Positions 1 to 8,950 of a DNA stretch of 32,000 nt are shown here, piece by piece. The notes beneath the pieces were generated by a model. That model did no database searches and was not told the DNA's origin. It saw nothing but the letters and a program-made list of their open reading frames with translations. Numbering within the stretch: position 1 is the stretch's first letter; every line of letters begins with the position of its first letter. The translations under genes were made by a program, and so were the position numbers. This DNA is from Promethearchaeota archaeon (GTDB lineage Archaea > Asgardarchaeota > Lokiarchaeia > Sigyniarchaeales > SOKP01): positions 180,001 through 212,000 of the forward strand of contig JAUWGH010000007.1 in the NCBI GenBank assembly GCA_030606485.1, written 5' to 3'.

Positions 1-911
1 TCTAACTCAATATATTTCCATGCATTTTTTATATTTTCTTGCCATTTAACTAATCCAACCTCAGAAAGTGTGTTAAATCTTTTTTGAATCCCTAAATATT
101 CTTGAATTGGTCTGCGTTTCGAGGGATCCAAATATTTTTTACTCGGCTTAGATAATTTAAATTCACCATTTTCAACTTCATATAATATCCAAAATCCAGT
201 TTCCACCGCCAGTTTTCCCATTTTTACGGTATCTTCAGAAGCAAAACCCCAACCGGGTGGACAAGGAGCAAGAATATGAATATATCTAAATCCTTTAATT
301 TCTTTCGCTTTCTTAAATTTCTCATAAAGATCAATTGGATAAGAAATACAACATGTAGCTACATATGGGACGTTATGAGCCGCCACTATTGCAGGTAAAT
401 TCTTTTTAAATCGTTGTTTTCCAAAGGGTGTAGTTGTAGTTCTAGCCCCATGAGGTGTAGACGAGCTTCTTTGAATACCGGTATTCATATAAGCCTCATT
501 ATCGTAACAAACATAAAGGATATCGGAGTTTCTTTCTGCTGCACCACTTAAACCTTGAATTCCAATATCCGTTGTACCACCATCTCCCGCGAAGACTAAG
601 GAAGTCATTTTCCCCCACACTTTTCCAGGAAATTTATATTCTTTCGCTTTAAAGGCTGCAGATATACCAGATGCTGCTGCTGCAGCTGCAGCAAATGCCA
701 TATTAATAAAGGGGAAATTTGGAGCGGTTTTAGGCCATAATCCAACAACCACATTAAGGCAGCTTGCCGGAGCAACCAGAGCTGTCTTAGGACCGAGCGC
801 TTTCATCGCCCATCTAAGTGCCAACTCCAATCCACAACCAGCGCATGTTGAGTTCCCTGGTAGGAATAATTCTTCTGCAGTTGTTTCTTGTAATTCTTTT
901 AAACTAACCAT
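1..911 (-). CDS. porB: 2-oxoacid (pyruvate/2-ketoisovalerate):ferredoxin oxidoreductase beta subunit, partial (runs off left edge; absent from ORF track)
   Basis: Manual translation from ATG at 911: MVSLKELQ...GNSTCAGCG...FAGDGGTTDIGIQGLSG...YDNEAYMNTG...APCPPGW. This gives the TPP-binding GDG..N motif and the Fe-S cysteines. SD GGAGGTGA at 926-919. No stop before base 1. Confidence 0.93.
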   Translation of the reverse strand, partial: MVSLKELQETTAEELFLPGNSTCAGCGLELALRWAMKALGPKTALVAPASCLNVVVGLWPKTAPNFPFINMAFAAAAAAASGISAAFKAKEYKFPGKVWGKMTSLVFAGDGGTTDIGIQGLSGAAERNSDILYVCYDNEAYMNTGIQRSSSTPHGARTTTTPFGKQRFKKNLPAIVAAHNVPYVATCCISYPIDLYEKFKKAKEIKGFRYIHILAPCPPGWGFASEDTVKMGKLAVETGFWILYEVENGEFKLSKPSKKYLDPSKRRPIQEYLGIQKRFNTLSEVGLVKWQENIKNAWKYIEL

Positions 912-913
912 TA

Positions 914-2149
914 TTATTTCACCTCCAAAACGCCATCCCAGAGAGTTCCATGTATCATGTCCTTTGGAAGCTCACCTGTCTCTTTTAATTTCATTAATAT
1001 CTTGAATTCTTCCTTCTGTTGTTCTACTGAAACTTCTCTCCCTCCAATCCCAGTAATAATTGGTAAAATAATTGTATCAATTCCTGTATTATGAAGTGCA
1101 CTTTTGCATTCAGAACTAACTGCACCTCCAGTTGGGGATCCAAAAGCTGTATCTCGATCAACTACTCCAATAACATCAACCCTTTTTGCTATATTTATAA
1201 TTTCATCTATAGGAAATGGTCTAAAATGTCTTAATTTTACTGAACCCACTTTATAACCCTCCTGTCTTAGTTCATCTACAGCCTGCTCTGCCTGTAGTGC
1301 AAGCCCTCCAATATTAATCAATACTACATCCGCATCATCCATCTTATATTCTTGAATAAGTCCATTTCCATAACTTCTTCCAAAGATCTTTTCAAATTCT
1401 AAAGCAACTTGTTTAATTATATGCGTCGATTTCATCATTTCATCATGAATTTTCATTCTGAATTCATAATAAAAACCAGAAGGCATAATTAGATTTCCAT
1501 GCATCATTGGTCTTTCTGGATCAATAAAAATATGTGGCCAGCCTTTTTCATCGGGTAAAGGCGGCAGAAACTTTTCTAATTTATCATCAGGCTCAATAAT
1601 TACCGGTTTAGATGTGTGTGATAATACGAAACCACCATATGCGATAAACATTGGGAGTAAAACTTCCTCATTTTCACAAATTTTATAGGCCATTAAAACA
1701 CTATCATAAATCTCTTGATGTGAAGATGCGAATGAAATTAACCATCCAGCGTCTCTCTGTGAAATCACATCAGTAAAATCCGCCCAAATATTCCACGGAG
1801 GAGCGATTCCACGCGATGCAATAGTCATTACTATAGGTAATCTCGCACCAGCTGCCCAATGAACCATCTCACTCATATATAAAAGACCTTGTCCTGCTGT
1901 TGCGGAAAAAGTTCTAGTTCCAGCAATGCTTGCACCTACTAGAGCAGCCATAACTGAGTGTTCCGATTCAACTTTAATATATTGGGCTGGCATATCTCCA
2001 GAATCGACAAAATCTGAAAGTTTTTCAACAACAGTTGTTTGCGGAGTAATTGGATACGCACTTATAACTTGAACCTTTGCTGAGCGTGCTGCATAAGCTG
2101 CTGCAACATTGCCTGAAATAAACTTAATTTCCTGTTCTTTTTGACTCAT
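914..2149 (-). CDS. porA: 2-oxoacid:ferredoxin oxidoreductase alpha subunit
   Basis: SGNVAAAYAA, AYPITPQT, VESEHSVM, TAGQGL, LRHFRPFP and GIGGRE motifs; operon context. Confidence 0.93.
   Translation of the reverse strand: MSQKEQEIKFISGNVAAAYAARSAKVQVISAYPITPQTTVVEKLSDFVDSGDMPAQYIKVESEHSVMAALVGASIAGTRTFSATAGQGLLYMSEMVHWAAGARLPIVMTIASRGIAPPWNIWADFTDVISQRDAGWLISFASSHQEIYDSVLMAYKICENEEVLLPMFIAYGGFVLSHTSKPVIIEPDDKLEKFLPPLPDEKGWPHIFIDPERPMMHGNLIMPSGFYYEFRMKIHDEMMKSTHIIKQVALEFEKIFGRSYGNGLIQEYKMDDADVVLINIGGLALQAEQAVDELRQEGYKVGSVKLRHFRPFPIDEIINIAKRVDVIGVVDRDTAFGSPTGGAVSSECKSALHNTGIDTIILPIITGIGGREVSVEQQKEEFKILMKLKETGELPKDMIHGTLWDGVLEVK
919..926 (-). promoter_or_regulatory. Shine-Dalgarno site (GGAGGTGA) for porB
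   Basis: Perfect archaeal SD 7 nt upstream of the ATG at 911, embedded in the porA 3' end. Confidence 0.8.
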
Positions 2150-2478
2150 TATTCAAATTCACTCTCCCTTTTCATTTCTATTGCTTTAACAGGACATTCT
2201 TTTGCACAAATCCCACAGCCTTTACAATATACATAATCTATTGTGAAAAATCCATCCTCACTTTTTTGAATCACTCCTTCAGGACAGTACATCCAGCAAA
2301 ATCCACATTTAGTGCATTTTTTTTTGTCTATTACAGGTCTAAAAACCCTCCAATCTCCTGTCTCTCCCATACTTCCATAACAAGGAAATGATATTGGAAT
2401 TGGAGGTAATTCATTCCAATTTTTATAATTTTGAAGTTTAGGTCTTTTATCTTTACTTTCCGCTATTATTTTCCACAT
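2149..2478 (-). CDS. porD: 2-oxoacid:ferredoxin oxidoreductase delta subunit (2x[4Fe-4S])
   Basis: TGDWRVFRP followed by CTKCGFCWMYCP and CKGCGICAKECP ferredoxin motifs. Confidence 0.93.
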   Translation of the reverse strand: MWKIIAESKDKRPKLQNYKNWNELPPIPISFPCYGSMGETGDWRVFRPVIDKKKCTKCGFCWMYCPEGVIQKSEDGFFTIDYVYCKGCGICAKECPVKAIEMKRESEFE

Positions 2479-2480
2479 AA

Positions 2481-3059
2481 TTAAATCATCTCCTTAACCG
2501 TTTCAAATGCATCTCTGGCTGTTTTCATATTTTTCTCAGCCCTTGAACCAAATTTTTTTTTAATAACTTTTTCCATAATATCTAGGCCATAAAACCCAGA
2601 TATCTTAGCAAATGCTCCCAACATTGGGATGTTTAAAATTGGAAACCCCTCTATTGCTAACCCATACTTTAATGAAATCCCAGTAGCATCGACTATATAA
2701 ATTTTAACACTCTTTTGCAAATTATTATTAAAATCAATTTTATGATTGCTATTAATGATTAAAATCACTCCCTCTTTAATGGTAGCAAACACTCTGGGAA
2801 TCTTTAATAGAGTAGTATCAAAAATAAGCATAAAATCCGGGTCTGTTACACTACAATATGATCTAATTTGAGCATCCCTAGATATTTTAGAAAAAGCTTG
2901 TATTGGAGCACCCCTTCGTTCAGCACCAATTATTGGTATAGCTATCGCATCTTTAAAGCCACATTCATATGCCATTTCCGCCAATAATTTTGAAGCGGTA
3001 ATTGCTGTTTGACCTCCCCGGCCATGAAATGCTATTTCAATAATTTTTTTCTCTATCAT
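2481..3059 (-). CDS. porG: 2-oxoacid:ferredoxin oxidoreductase gamma subunit
   Basis: HGRGGQ, GAERRGAP and NIPMLGA motifs; first gene of the operon. Confidence 0.9.
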   Translation of the reverse strand: MIEKKIIEIAFHGRGGQTAITASKLLAEMAYECGFKDAIAIPIIGAERRGAPIQAFSKISRDAQIRSYCSVTDPDFMLIFDTTLLKIPRVFATIKEGVILIINSNHKIDFNNNLQKSVKIYIVDATGISLKYGLAIEGFPILNIPMLGAFAKISGFYGLDIMEKVIKKKFGSRAEKNMKTARDAFETVKEMI

Positions 3060-3160
3060 TTTTCAATGCTCCTTTATAATATATAATTTTAAAGTGTTCA
3101 AAATATTTGTTTTTATTTTTAATAAAATATTTCATAATCAAATTATATTTATAATTATAT

Positions 3161-3715
3161 ATGGTAAAGAATAAAAAAGATGACTCTGGAGAAGATTTAG
3201 GTTTTAATTGGTTTGATTGTCCGATCTGTAAGAAAGGACGACTCGTTTTAAGTAAGCATATTCATGAACTTCCAGATGGAGATAAATATCTCATCATGAA
3301 ATTCGAATGTGATAAATGTGATTTTACGAAAAATGATCTTATTCCAGTAGAAACACCCATTAAGCCAGGTAAATTTATTTTAAATGTTAATGAGAAAGAA
3401 GACTTAAAATCAAAAGTTTTTAGGTCATCTTCAGGTGTATTAGAAATCCCTGAATTAGAAATGGAAATTGAGCCAGGTCCTGCAGCAGACTTTTATATTA
3501 CAAATATTGAGGGTGTATTATTTAGAATGAAAGATGCTGTTTCGTTTTTTAAAAAAGGTTTATCTGAAGAAAATCAAAAAGTGAACAAAATCCTTGAGAA
3601 TATAGATAGGGCCATTAATGGGGAATTTAAATTCACATTAATAATAACTGATGAATTAGGTGGGAGTTATATCGTGCCCTTTAATGAAAAGTCATTAAAA
3701 ATTGAATATTTTTAA
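3161..3715 (+). CDS. ZPR1-type zinc finger protein
   Basis: CPIC...CDKC zinc finger, VFRSSSG..EIPEL..EIEPGP, ITNIEGVL, ITDELGGSYI. Confidence 0.88.
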   Translation: MVKNKKDDSGEDLGFNWFDCPICKKGRLVLSKHIHELPDGDKYLIMKFECDKCDFTKNDLIPVETPIKPGKFILNVNEKEDLKSKVFRSSSGVLEIPELEMEIEPGPAADFYITNIEGVLFRMKDAVSFFKKGLSEENQKVNKILENIDRAINGEFKFTLIITDELGGSYIVPFNEKSLKIEYF

Positions 3716-3731
3716 AAAAATATTAAACTTT

Positions 3732-4907
3732 TTACTGTTTTGATTTATAGCGAACTTTAACTAATAAATCCCTTAATTCTATTTTATCACTATCTTTTGT
3801 TATATATTTTTTTCGAGCACCCTCTTCAAGAGGCATGGTTAGAACTTTATTCCCTTGAAGTGACACCATTTTACCAAAATCTTCTTTAATCACCTGTTTC
3901 ATGGCAGCTAAACCAAACCTTAATCCTAAAATTCGATCAAATGCATTGGGAGTTCCTGCTCTCATAGTATGTCCTAACACAACACTTCTACATTCAAAAT
4001 CCACACCGTTTTTCTTAAATTCTTCTTTTAAATCGTCTCGCAAGTTTAATTCTTGAACTAATATTTTACTTATTTTTAACGATAATAATAAAGGATTGCC
4101 ATATTCATCTTTGGGTAAATTATCTATTGTTTTTTTTGTAATTGTCTTGAAATCTCTTAATAATGATTCTTTACTTGGATAAGCTCCTTCAGAACAAGCA
4201 ATAAGATGATATTTATAGCCACTTCTTACTCTATTTTTAAGCACATCGATTACATCCGATTCTAAATCAAAAGGAGTTTCAGGAATTAAAATAATATCAG
4301 CACCAGTTGAAATTCCACTATACATAGTTAAAAAACCAGCATCTCTTCCCATAACTTCGACAATAAACACTCTCTGGTGGGATCTGGCAGTGGTTGTAAG
4401 ATTGTCCATTACATTTGAAGCTAGTTGAACTGCACTCCAGAATCCAAATGTATAATGTGTTCCTAATAAATCATTATCTATTGTTTTAGGAACTCCAATA
4501 ATTTTTGCATTGGAATATTTAAACATTGCAGCAGCAACTCCTAATGTATCATCACCACCTATAGCAATTAGAGCATCGATATCTAAATCCTTAAATTTCG
4601 ATGCCATCTCAGTAGCAATTTTTTTTGCTAATTCTTCTTTTTCCTTCTGGTCCGATAGTTTATGTACTGCTTTATAAGGATTATATCTTGATGTATAAAT
4701 TAATGTTCCTCCAATAGTGTGTAAATCGTCTAACTCAGCAATATTAAGAGGTTCCTTAATATTTTCCATAAAACCCTTCCATCCCTTTTTAATTCCAATA
4801 CATTCAATTCCAGAATCAAATGCTTTCAGTAATATTCCATATAAAACGGAATTGAGGCCAGGGGCGTCTCCTCCACCCGTCAGAATTCCAACTTTTTTTA
4901 TAGCCAT
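3732..4907 (-). CDS. pfp: 6-phosphofructokinase (PfkA superfamily) with PPi-dependent signature
   Basis: TGGGDAPGLN, IGGDDT, PKTIDND, EVMGR and LGHTMRAG motifs. Confidence 0.88.
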   Translation of the reverse strand: MAIKKVGILTGGGDAPGLNSVLYGILLKAFDSGIECIGIKKGWKGFMENIKEPLNIAELDDLHTIGGTLIYTSRYNPYKAVHKLSDQKEKEELAKKIATEMASKFKDLDIDALIAIGGDDTLGVAAAMFKYSNAKIIGVPKTIDNDLLGTHYTFGFWSAVQLASNVMDNLTTTARSHQRVFIVEVMGRDAGFLTMYSGISTGADIILIPETPFDLESDVIDVLKNRVRSGYKYHLIACSEGAYPSKESLLRDFKTITKKTIDNLPKDEYGNPLLLSLKISKILVQELNLRDDLKEEFKKNGVDFECRSVVLGHTMRAGTPNAFDRILGLRFGLAAMKQVIKEDFGKMVSLQGNKVLTMPLEEGARKKYITKDSDKIELRDLLVKVRYKSKQ

Positions 4908-4990
4908 AAAATTTCACATTAAGTAATTATAATTGAAATATATTTTTTTATTAGAGTAATTTAAATGTAAATTTATTTTTATTTAATAAT

Positions 4991-5662
4991 ATGTATTACT
5001 TCAAAGTATCACTGTTTAATACTTGGAATCCACGAGATGTAAAAATATCATCAGACGTGAATTTACTTTCTTTGAAGTATATACTTGGAAAATTTCCAAA
5101 GATCGAAAACAAGTTTTTTGAGGATCTTAAGGAAAACATTAAGAAAAAACCGAATTATTTTTCACAGGATTCCATAAAAAGAGTTGTTGGACCAGAAAAG
5201 GAAGAATATGATATATCTAATTGGTTTTTTTTATGGGGTTTTGACTTTAAGAAACGTGGGTATCAATTGTTAATTCAAATTGATAAAGAAGGAAAGGGAA
5301 TATTAGCAGCGATTGGGCCAATGGAATTGGCATCCTTTTTCGATCGGATGAAATTGAATAGTATATTACCAACTCTATCTTTAATAAATTCAACAGATAA
5401 GATGAAATTTGTAGTTTTTTTAAAACCTAGAGGAGATTTAATTATTAAAGGATTAGAGATGAAAGGCATTGAAAAGGGAAAAATCCAGCAAGTAATAGAT
5501 TATTGGAAAACTTTAAAAAATGTTGATGGTCAATGGTTTCCAACATTTAAACCTAGATGTCCTATATGCGGTAGTTTTATAGAAGGTTTGCACAGTTATG
5601 AGATTGGTTTTGCTCCATTAATTTGTCCTAAATGCGGATATGAGATTAAAAAAAAGAGTTAA
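4991..5662 (+). CDS. hypothetical protein with C-terminal zinc ribbon
   Basis: 223-aa ORF filling the gap between neighbours; CPICG...CPKCG at the C-terminus. Confidence 0.75.
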   Translation: MYYFKVSLFNTWNPRDVKISSDVNLLSLKYILGKFPKIENKFFEDLKENIKKKPNYFSQDSIKRVVGPEKEEYDISNWFFLWGFDFKKRGYQLLIQIDKEGKGILAAIGPMELASFFDRMKLNSILPTLSLINSTDKMKFVVFLKPRGDLIIKGLEMKGIEKGKIQQVIDYWKTLKNVDGQWFPTFKPRCPICGSFIEGLHSYEIGFAPLICPKCGYEIKKKS

Positions 5663-5683
5663 TATTTTTCAAACTCTTAAATT

Positions 5684-6418
5684 CTATTCTCTTTGAATTT
5701 TATTCCTTAATTCAAGAAGTATATCTGGATAATTGGTATAAATCGCATCCACGTTTTTACCATTATAATTCATTTTTAAAAATCTTTTCATAAAAAATTG
5801 AGTATCTACACCCCAAACATAAAAACTAAATCCAGCATTTTTGATTTGCTTAAAAAAGTTCAATTTAGCTTGACTATTTCTGATATTGAAACCGTAGATT
5901 TTTAATTTATTCATCTTATTGAATTTTAAATCTTTTTCCGCAATAATTGGGTGTCTTTCTGATATTGTATAAATTAATTTGGCTTCTTTCTCCATTTTTC
6001 TTATTTTAGAAAAAAAGTAAAAATTATTTCCTACTAACTCTACTTTCTCAAGTATATTATATTCTCTGGCAAGTCTAATTATTTTAAAACCAACATTATT
6101 GTCTTTTAAATCGATACTATACTTAATATTTTTACTTTTAAATACATCAAATACTTCACCTAGGGTAGGAATCTTTTTATTTTCTTCAAGGCGAATTTCT
6201 TTAATTTCTCTTAAGGTCAATTTATTTATCTCAATCTTTTTACCATCTTTTTCCACAATATAATCGTGAAAGAGAACTATTTGTCCATCTTTAGAAAGAT
6301 GAGCATCCGTTTCAATTCCATCAACTCCCATCTCAATGGCTTTTCGAAAGGAATCGATTGTATTTTCAACAGAATGAATCCCTGCCCCTCGATGTCCCCA
6401 TATAAAAGTTCGATTCAA
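5684..6418 (-). CDS. glycerophosphodiester phosphodiesterase (GlpQ/UgpQ family)
   Basis: GHRGA, ENTIDSF, GIETDAHLSKDGQIVLFHD, IDLK, YVWGVD, IYTNYP; TTG start. Confidence 0.9.
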   Translation of the reverse strand: MNRTFIWGHRGAGIHSVENTIDSFRKAIEMGVDGIETDAHLSKDGQIVLFHDYIVEKDGKKIEINKLTLREIKEIRLEENKKIPTLGEVFDVFKSKNIKYSIDLKDNNVGFKIIRLAREYNILEKVELVGNNFYFFSKIRKMEKEAKLIYTISERHPIIAEKDLKFNKMNKLKIYGFNIRNSQAKLNFFKQIKNAGFSFYVWGVDTQFFMKRFLKMNYNGKNVDAIYTNYPDILLELRNKIQRE

Positions 6419-6573
6419 TAATAAAACACTTAAAAAATTAATAATAATTTCTAATTTTAAGTTTGAATGATTAAATTATTTAAAAATCTTATAGGAATCT
6501 TAAAAATTTTTTTATATTATAAGATTTATACAAATAATATTCATAAAACAACAATATTTAGAACTTAAGAATT

Positions 6574-8124
6574 ATGTATGTTGCTGCTTTAGATTTAGGA
6601 ACATCTGGATGCCGAACAATTATTTTTGATATTACAGGTTCCATAGTTTCAAGCCATTATGAAGAATGGGAGAGCTATTTCCCATCACCATTAATGGTTG
6701 AGCAATCGGCAGATCAATGGTATGAAAAATTAAAAATTACAATAAAAAATGCAATTGAAAAGGTTTCAATAAACCCACAAGAAATTGTAAGTATTTCTAT
6801 TACCAATCAGCGTGAAACCATAGTTCCCATTGATTCAGAAGGAAATTCTTTATATAATGCAATAGTGTGGCAAGATAGAAGAACAACAAATGAATGTGAG
6901 ATAATTAAAAAAAAGGTTGGAATAGATAAAATCTATAAAATAACTGGTTTGACAATAGATCCATATTTTTCTGCCTCAAAAATTCTATGGTTTAAGAACA
7001 ATAAACAAGAAATTTATAATAAAACACATAAATTTCTATTGGTTCATGATTATATTTTATATAAATTAACCGGACAGTTTTATACTGATTTTTCTAATGC
7101 TTCAAGAACGATGCTATTTGACGTAAATACCTTAAAATGGTCAGATGAGATTGCATCCTTACTTGGAATTGATCTTGATAAAATGCCTATACCTGTAGAA
7201 AGCGGTATTGATATAGGTGAATTAACAGCAAATGATACTAGTTTTGATAAAAAAACGCTCGTAATTACCGGAGCAGGCGATCAACAAGCAGCTGCATTAG
7301 GTGTTGGAGTAGTTGAACCTGGGCGAATTAAATGTACTACCGGAACTGGCTCTTTTATTCTTGCTTATTTAGAAGAACCTCAATTTGACACCAAAAAGCG
7401 AGTATTGTGCAGTTGTCACGCAGTTCCAGGTTCATGGGTTCAAGAATCAAGTATATTTACTACAGGAGCTGTCTTTCGTTGGGCTAGAGATCAAATTGGT
7501 TTTGAAGAGCGTGAAAAAACTGAATCTGGAAAAAATACATATGATTTAATGACAAAAATGGCAGAAGGAAGTCCTGTAGGGGCAAATGGGTTAATAATGA
7601 TTCCTCACTTTACAGGAGCAGGAGCTCCTTACTGGAATCCTTATGCTAGAGGGATCTTTTTTGGATTAACATTAGGGCATACGCGGGCTGATATTTATCG
7701 TGCAATTATGGAAAGTGTTTCCTTTGAAGTTAAGAAGAACATTCAAGTTTTTAATGAACTGAACTTTTCATCAAAAGAATTAAGAGTTACTGGTGGTGGT
7801 TCCCGATCGAATTTATGGAATAGTATTATGGCCGATATTGTTGGAATACCAGTATTTAGACCAGAATTGGAGGAGGCTACGGCTTTGGGTGCAGCAATAC
7901 TAGCTGCTTCTGGTGCTGGAATTTTTCCTGATATTGCTAAAGCAGCAAATGATATTTGTAAAATTAGTGATAAATGGTATCCAAATAAAGAAAATAATCG
8001 AATATACGAATCAATATTTAATTTTTATAATATTTTTTATAGTAATTTGGAGAATTCCAATATATATCGAAAATTTTTCGATTTAAATTTATATAAAAAA
8101 AAAGAGGAAGAAAATCAAGAATAA
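6574..8124 (+). CDS. glpK: FGGY-family carbohydrate kinase, glycerol kinase-like
   Basis: DLGTSGCR, TNQRET, NAIVWQDRRT, IDPYFSASK, NASRTMLF, AGDQQAA, GTGSF, FTGAGAPYW; the polyol-contacting R/E, W, Y, D/Q and F positions of GlpK are retained. Confidence 0.7.
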   Translation: MYVAALDLGTSGCRTIIFDITGSIVSSHYEEWESYFPSPLMVEQSADQWYEKLKITIKNAIEKVSINPQEIVSISITNQRETIVPIDSEGNSLYNAIVWQDRRTTNECEIIKKKVGIDKIYKITGLTIDPYFSASKILWFKNNKQEIYNKTHKFLLVHDYILYKLTGQFYTDFSNASRTMLFDVNTLKWSDEIASLLGIDLDKMPIPVESGIDIGELTANDTSFDKKTLVITGAGDQQAAALGVGVVEPGRIKCTTGTGSFILAYLEEPQFDTKKRVLCSCHAVPGSWVQESSIFTTGAVFRWARDQIGFEEREKTESGKNTYDLMTKMAEGSPVGANGLIMIPHFTGAGAPYWNPYARGIFFGLTLGHTRADIYRAIMESVSFEVKKNIQVFNELNFSSKELRVTGGGSRSNLWNSIMADIVGIPVFRPELEEATALGAAILAASGAGIFPDIAKAANDICKISDKWYPNKENNRIYESIFNFYNIFYSNLENSNIYRKFFDLNLYKKKEEENQE

Positions 8125-8193
8125 AATATAATGTTTAATCAAATAATTATAAATAATTATTTCATTATTTTTCTGTTAGATATTTAATTAAAT

Positions 8194-8832
8194 ATGGTTA
8201 AGATTAAAATGGAAGTATCAAATAACGAAAAAGTTCAAGATTCAGAAGAAATTGATAAATATATAAAGCGTCAAATAACCATAGGGAAAATATTTTTCGT
8301 ATCTCTAACAATATCACTAATAATATGCATTGGTGGTGCAGTATATACTTTAGCAGATATATTTGTACCAACTGGAAAACTGCAAGAATTCCTAGCAATG
8401 GGGTTTGGATTGCAAATCGTAATTCTAGGTGGATTATTCGCAGGTTTGTTTTTTTTATTAGTATCATTTTATGCATTATATAAAAAGGGCAATAAAAAAA
8501 TTCTTAAAATTTTATTTAAAGAAAAAAGACAGATATTAGACAAATATAGTGGAAAAGTGGGCGTAAAAATTATTGCATTTGGTGCTCTAATAAGTATTTG
8601 CGTTGTTATTGTTGGTATTCTTTATAGTCTTCTTGAAATGCTTCTTCTTAGTAGTAGTGAATACCAAGGTTTAATAGCCTTATTAAGCTCACTTTCCCAA
8701 GGACAACTAATTTTATTGATTGGATTCACTTCTTTGTCATTGATTGCGCTTATTATATTATTTAAATACCTTATTGACCATGGATATTACCTTATTCTTA
8801 AGTTATTATATACTATCGAAGAAAATGAATAG
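8194..8832 (+). CDS. hypothetical integral membrane protein (about 4 TM, internal duplication)
   Basis: Four long hydrophobic segments arranged as two similar hairpins. Confidence 0.75.
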   Translation: MVKIKMEVSNNEKVQDSEEIDKYIKRQITIGKIFFVSLTISLIICIGGAVYTLADIFVPTGKLQEFLAMGFGLQIVILGGLFAGLFFLLVSFYALYKKGNKKILKILFKEKRQILDKYSGKVGVKIIAFGALISICVVIVGILYSLLEMLLLSSSEYQGLIALLSSLSQGQLILLIGFTSLSLIALIILFKYLIDHGYYLILKLLYTIEENE

Positions 8833-8950
8833 ATTTTTTATATTTTTTTTTAAAAACTATTTTCTGTGATCTTAAAAACTTTCACACTATTACTATTTAA
8901 ATAAATCTCATTGTAATATGTTTTTAAAAAAAGAGATTTAAAGATTTAAC

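Noticed and set aside
665-700. GCT/GCA trinucleotide run in porB
   Set aside because: It encodes the Ala-rich helix (FAAAAAAASG) at the position of the usual AAAxASG motif and is not a repeat element
8141-8160. AAATAATTAT x2 tandem repeat upstream of the membrane protein gene
   Set aside because: Pure A/T 10-mer in A/T-rich intergenic DNA; cannot be distinguished from chance
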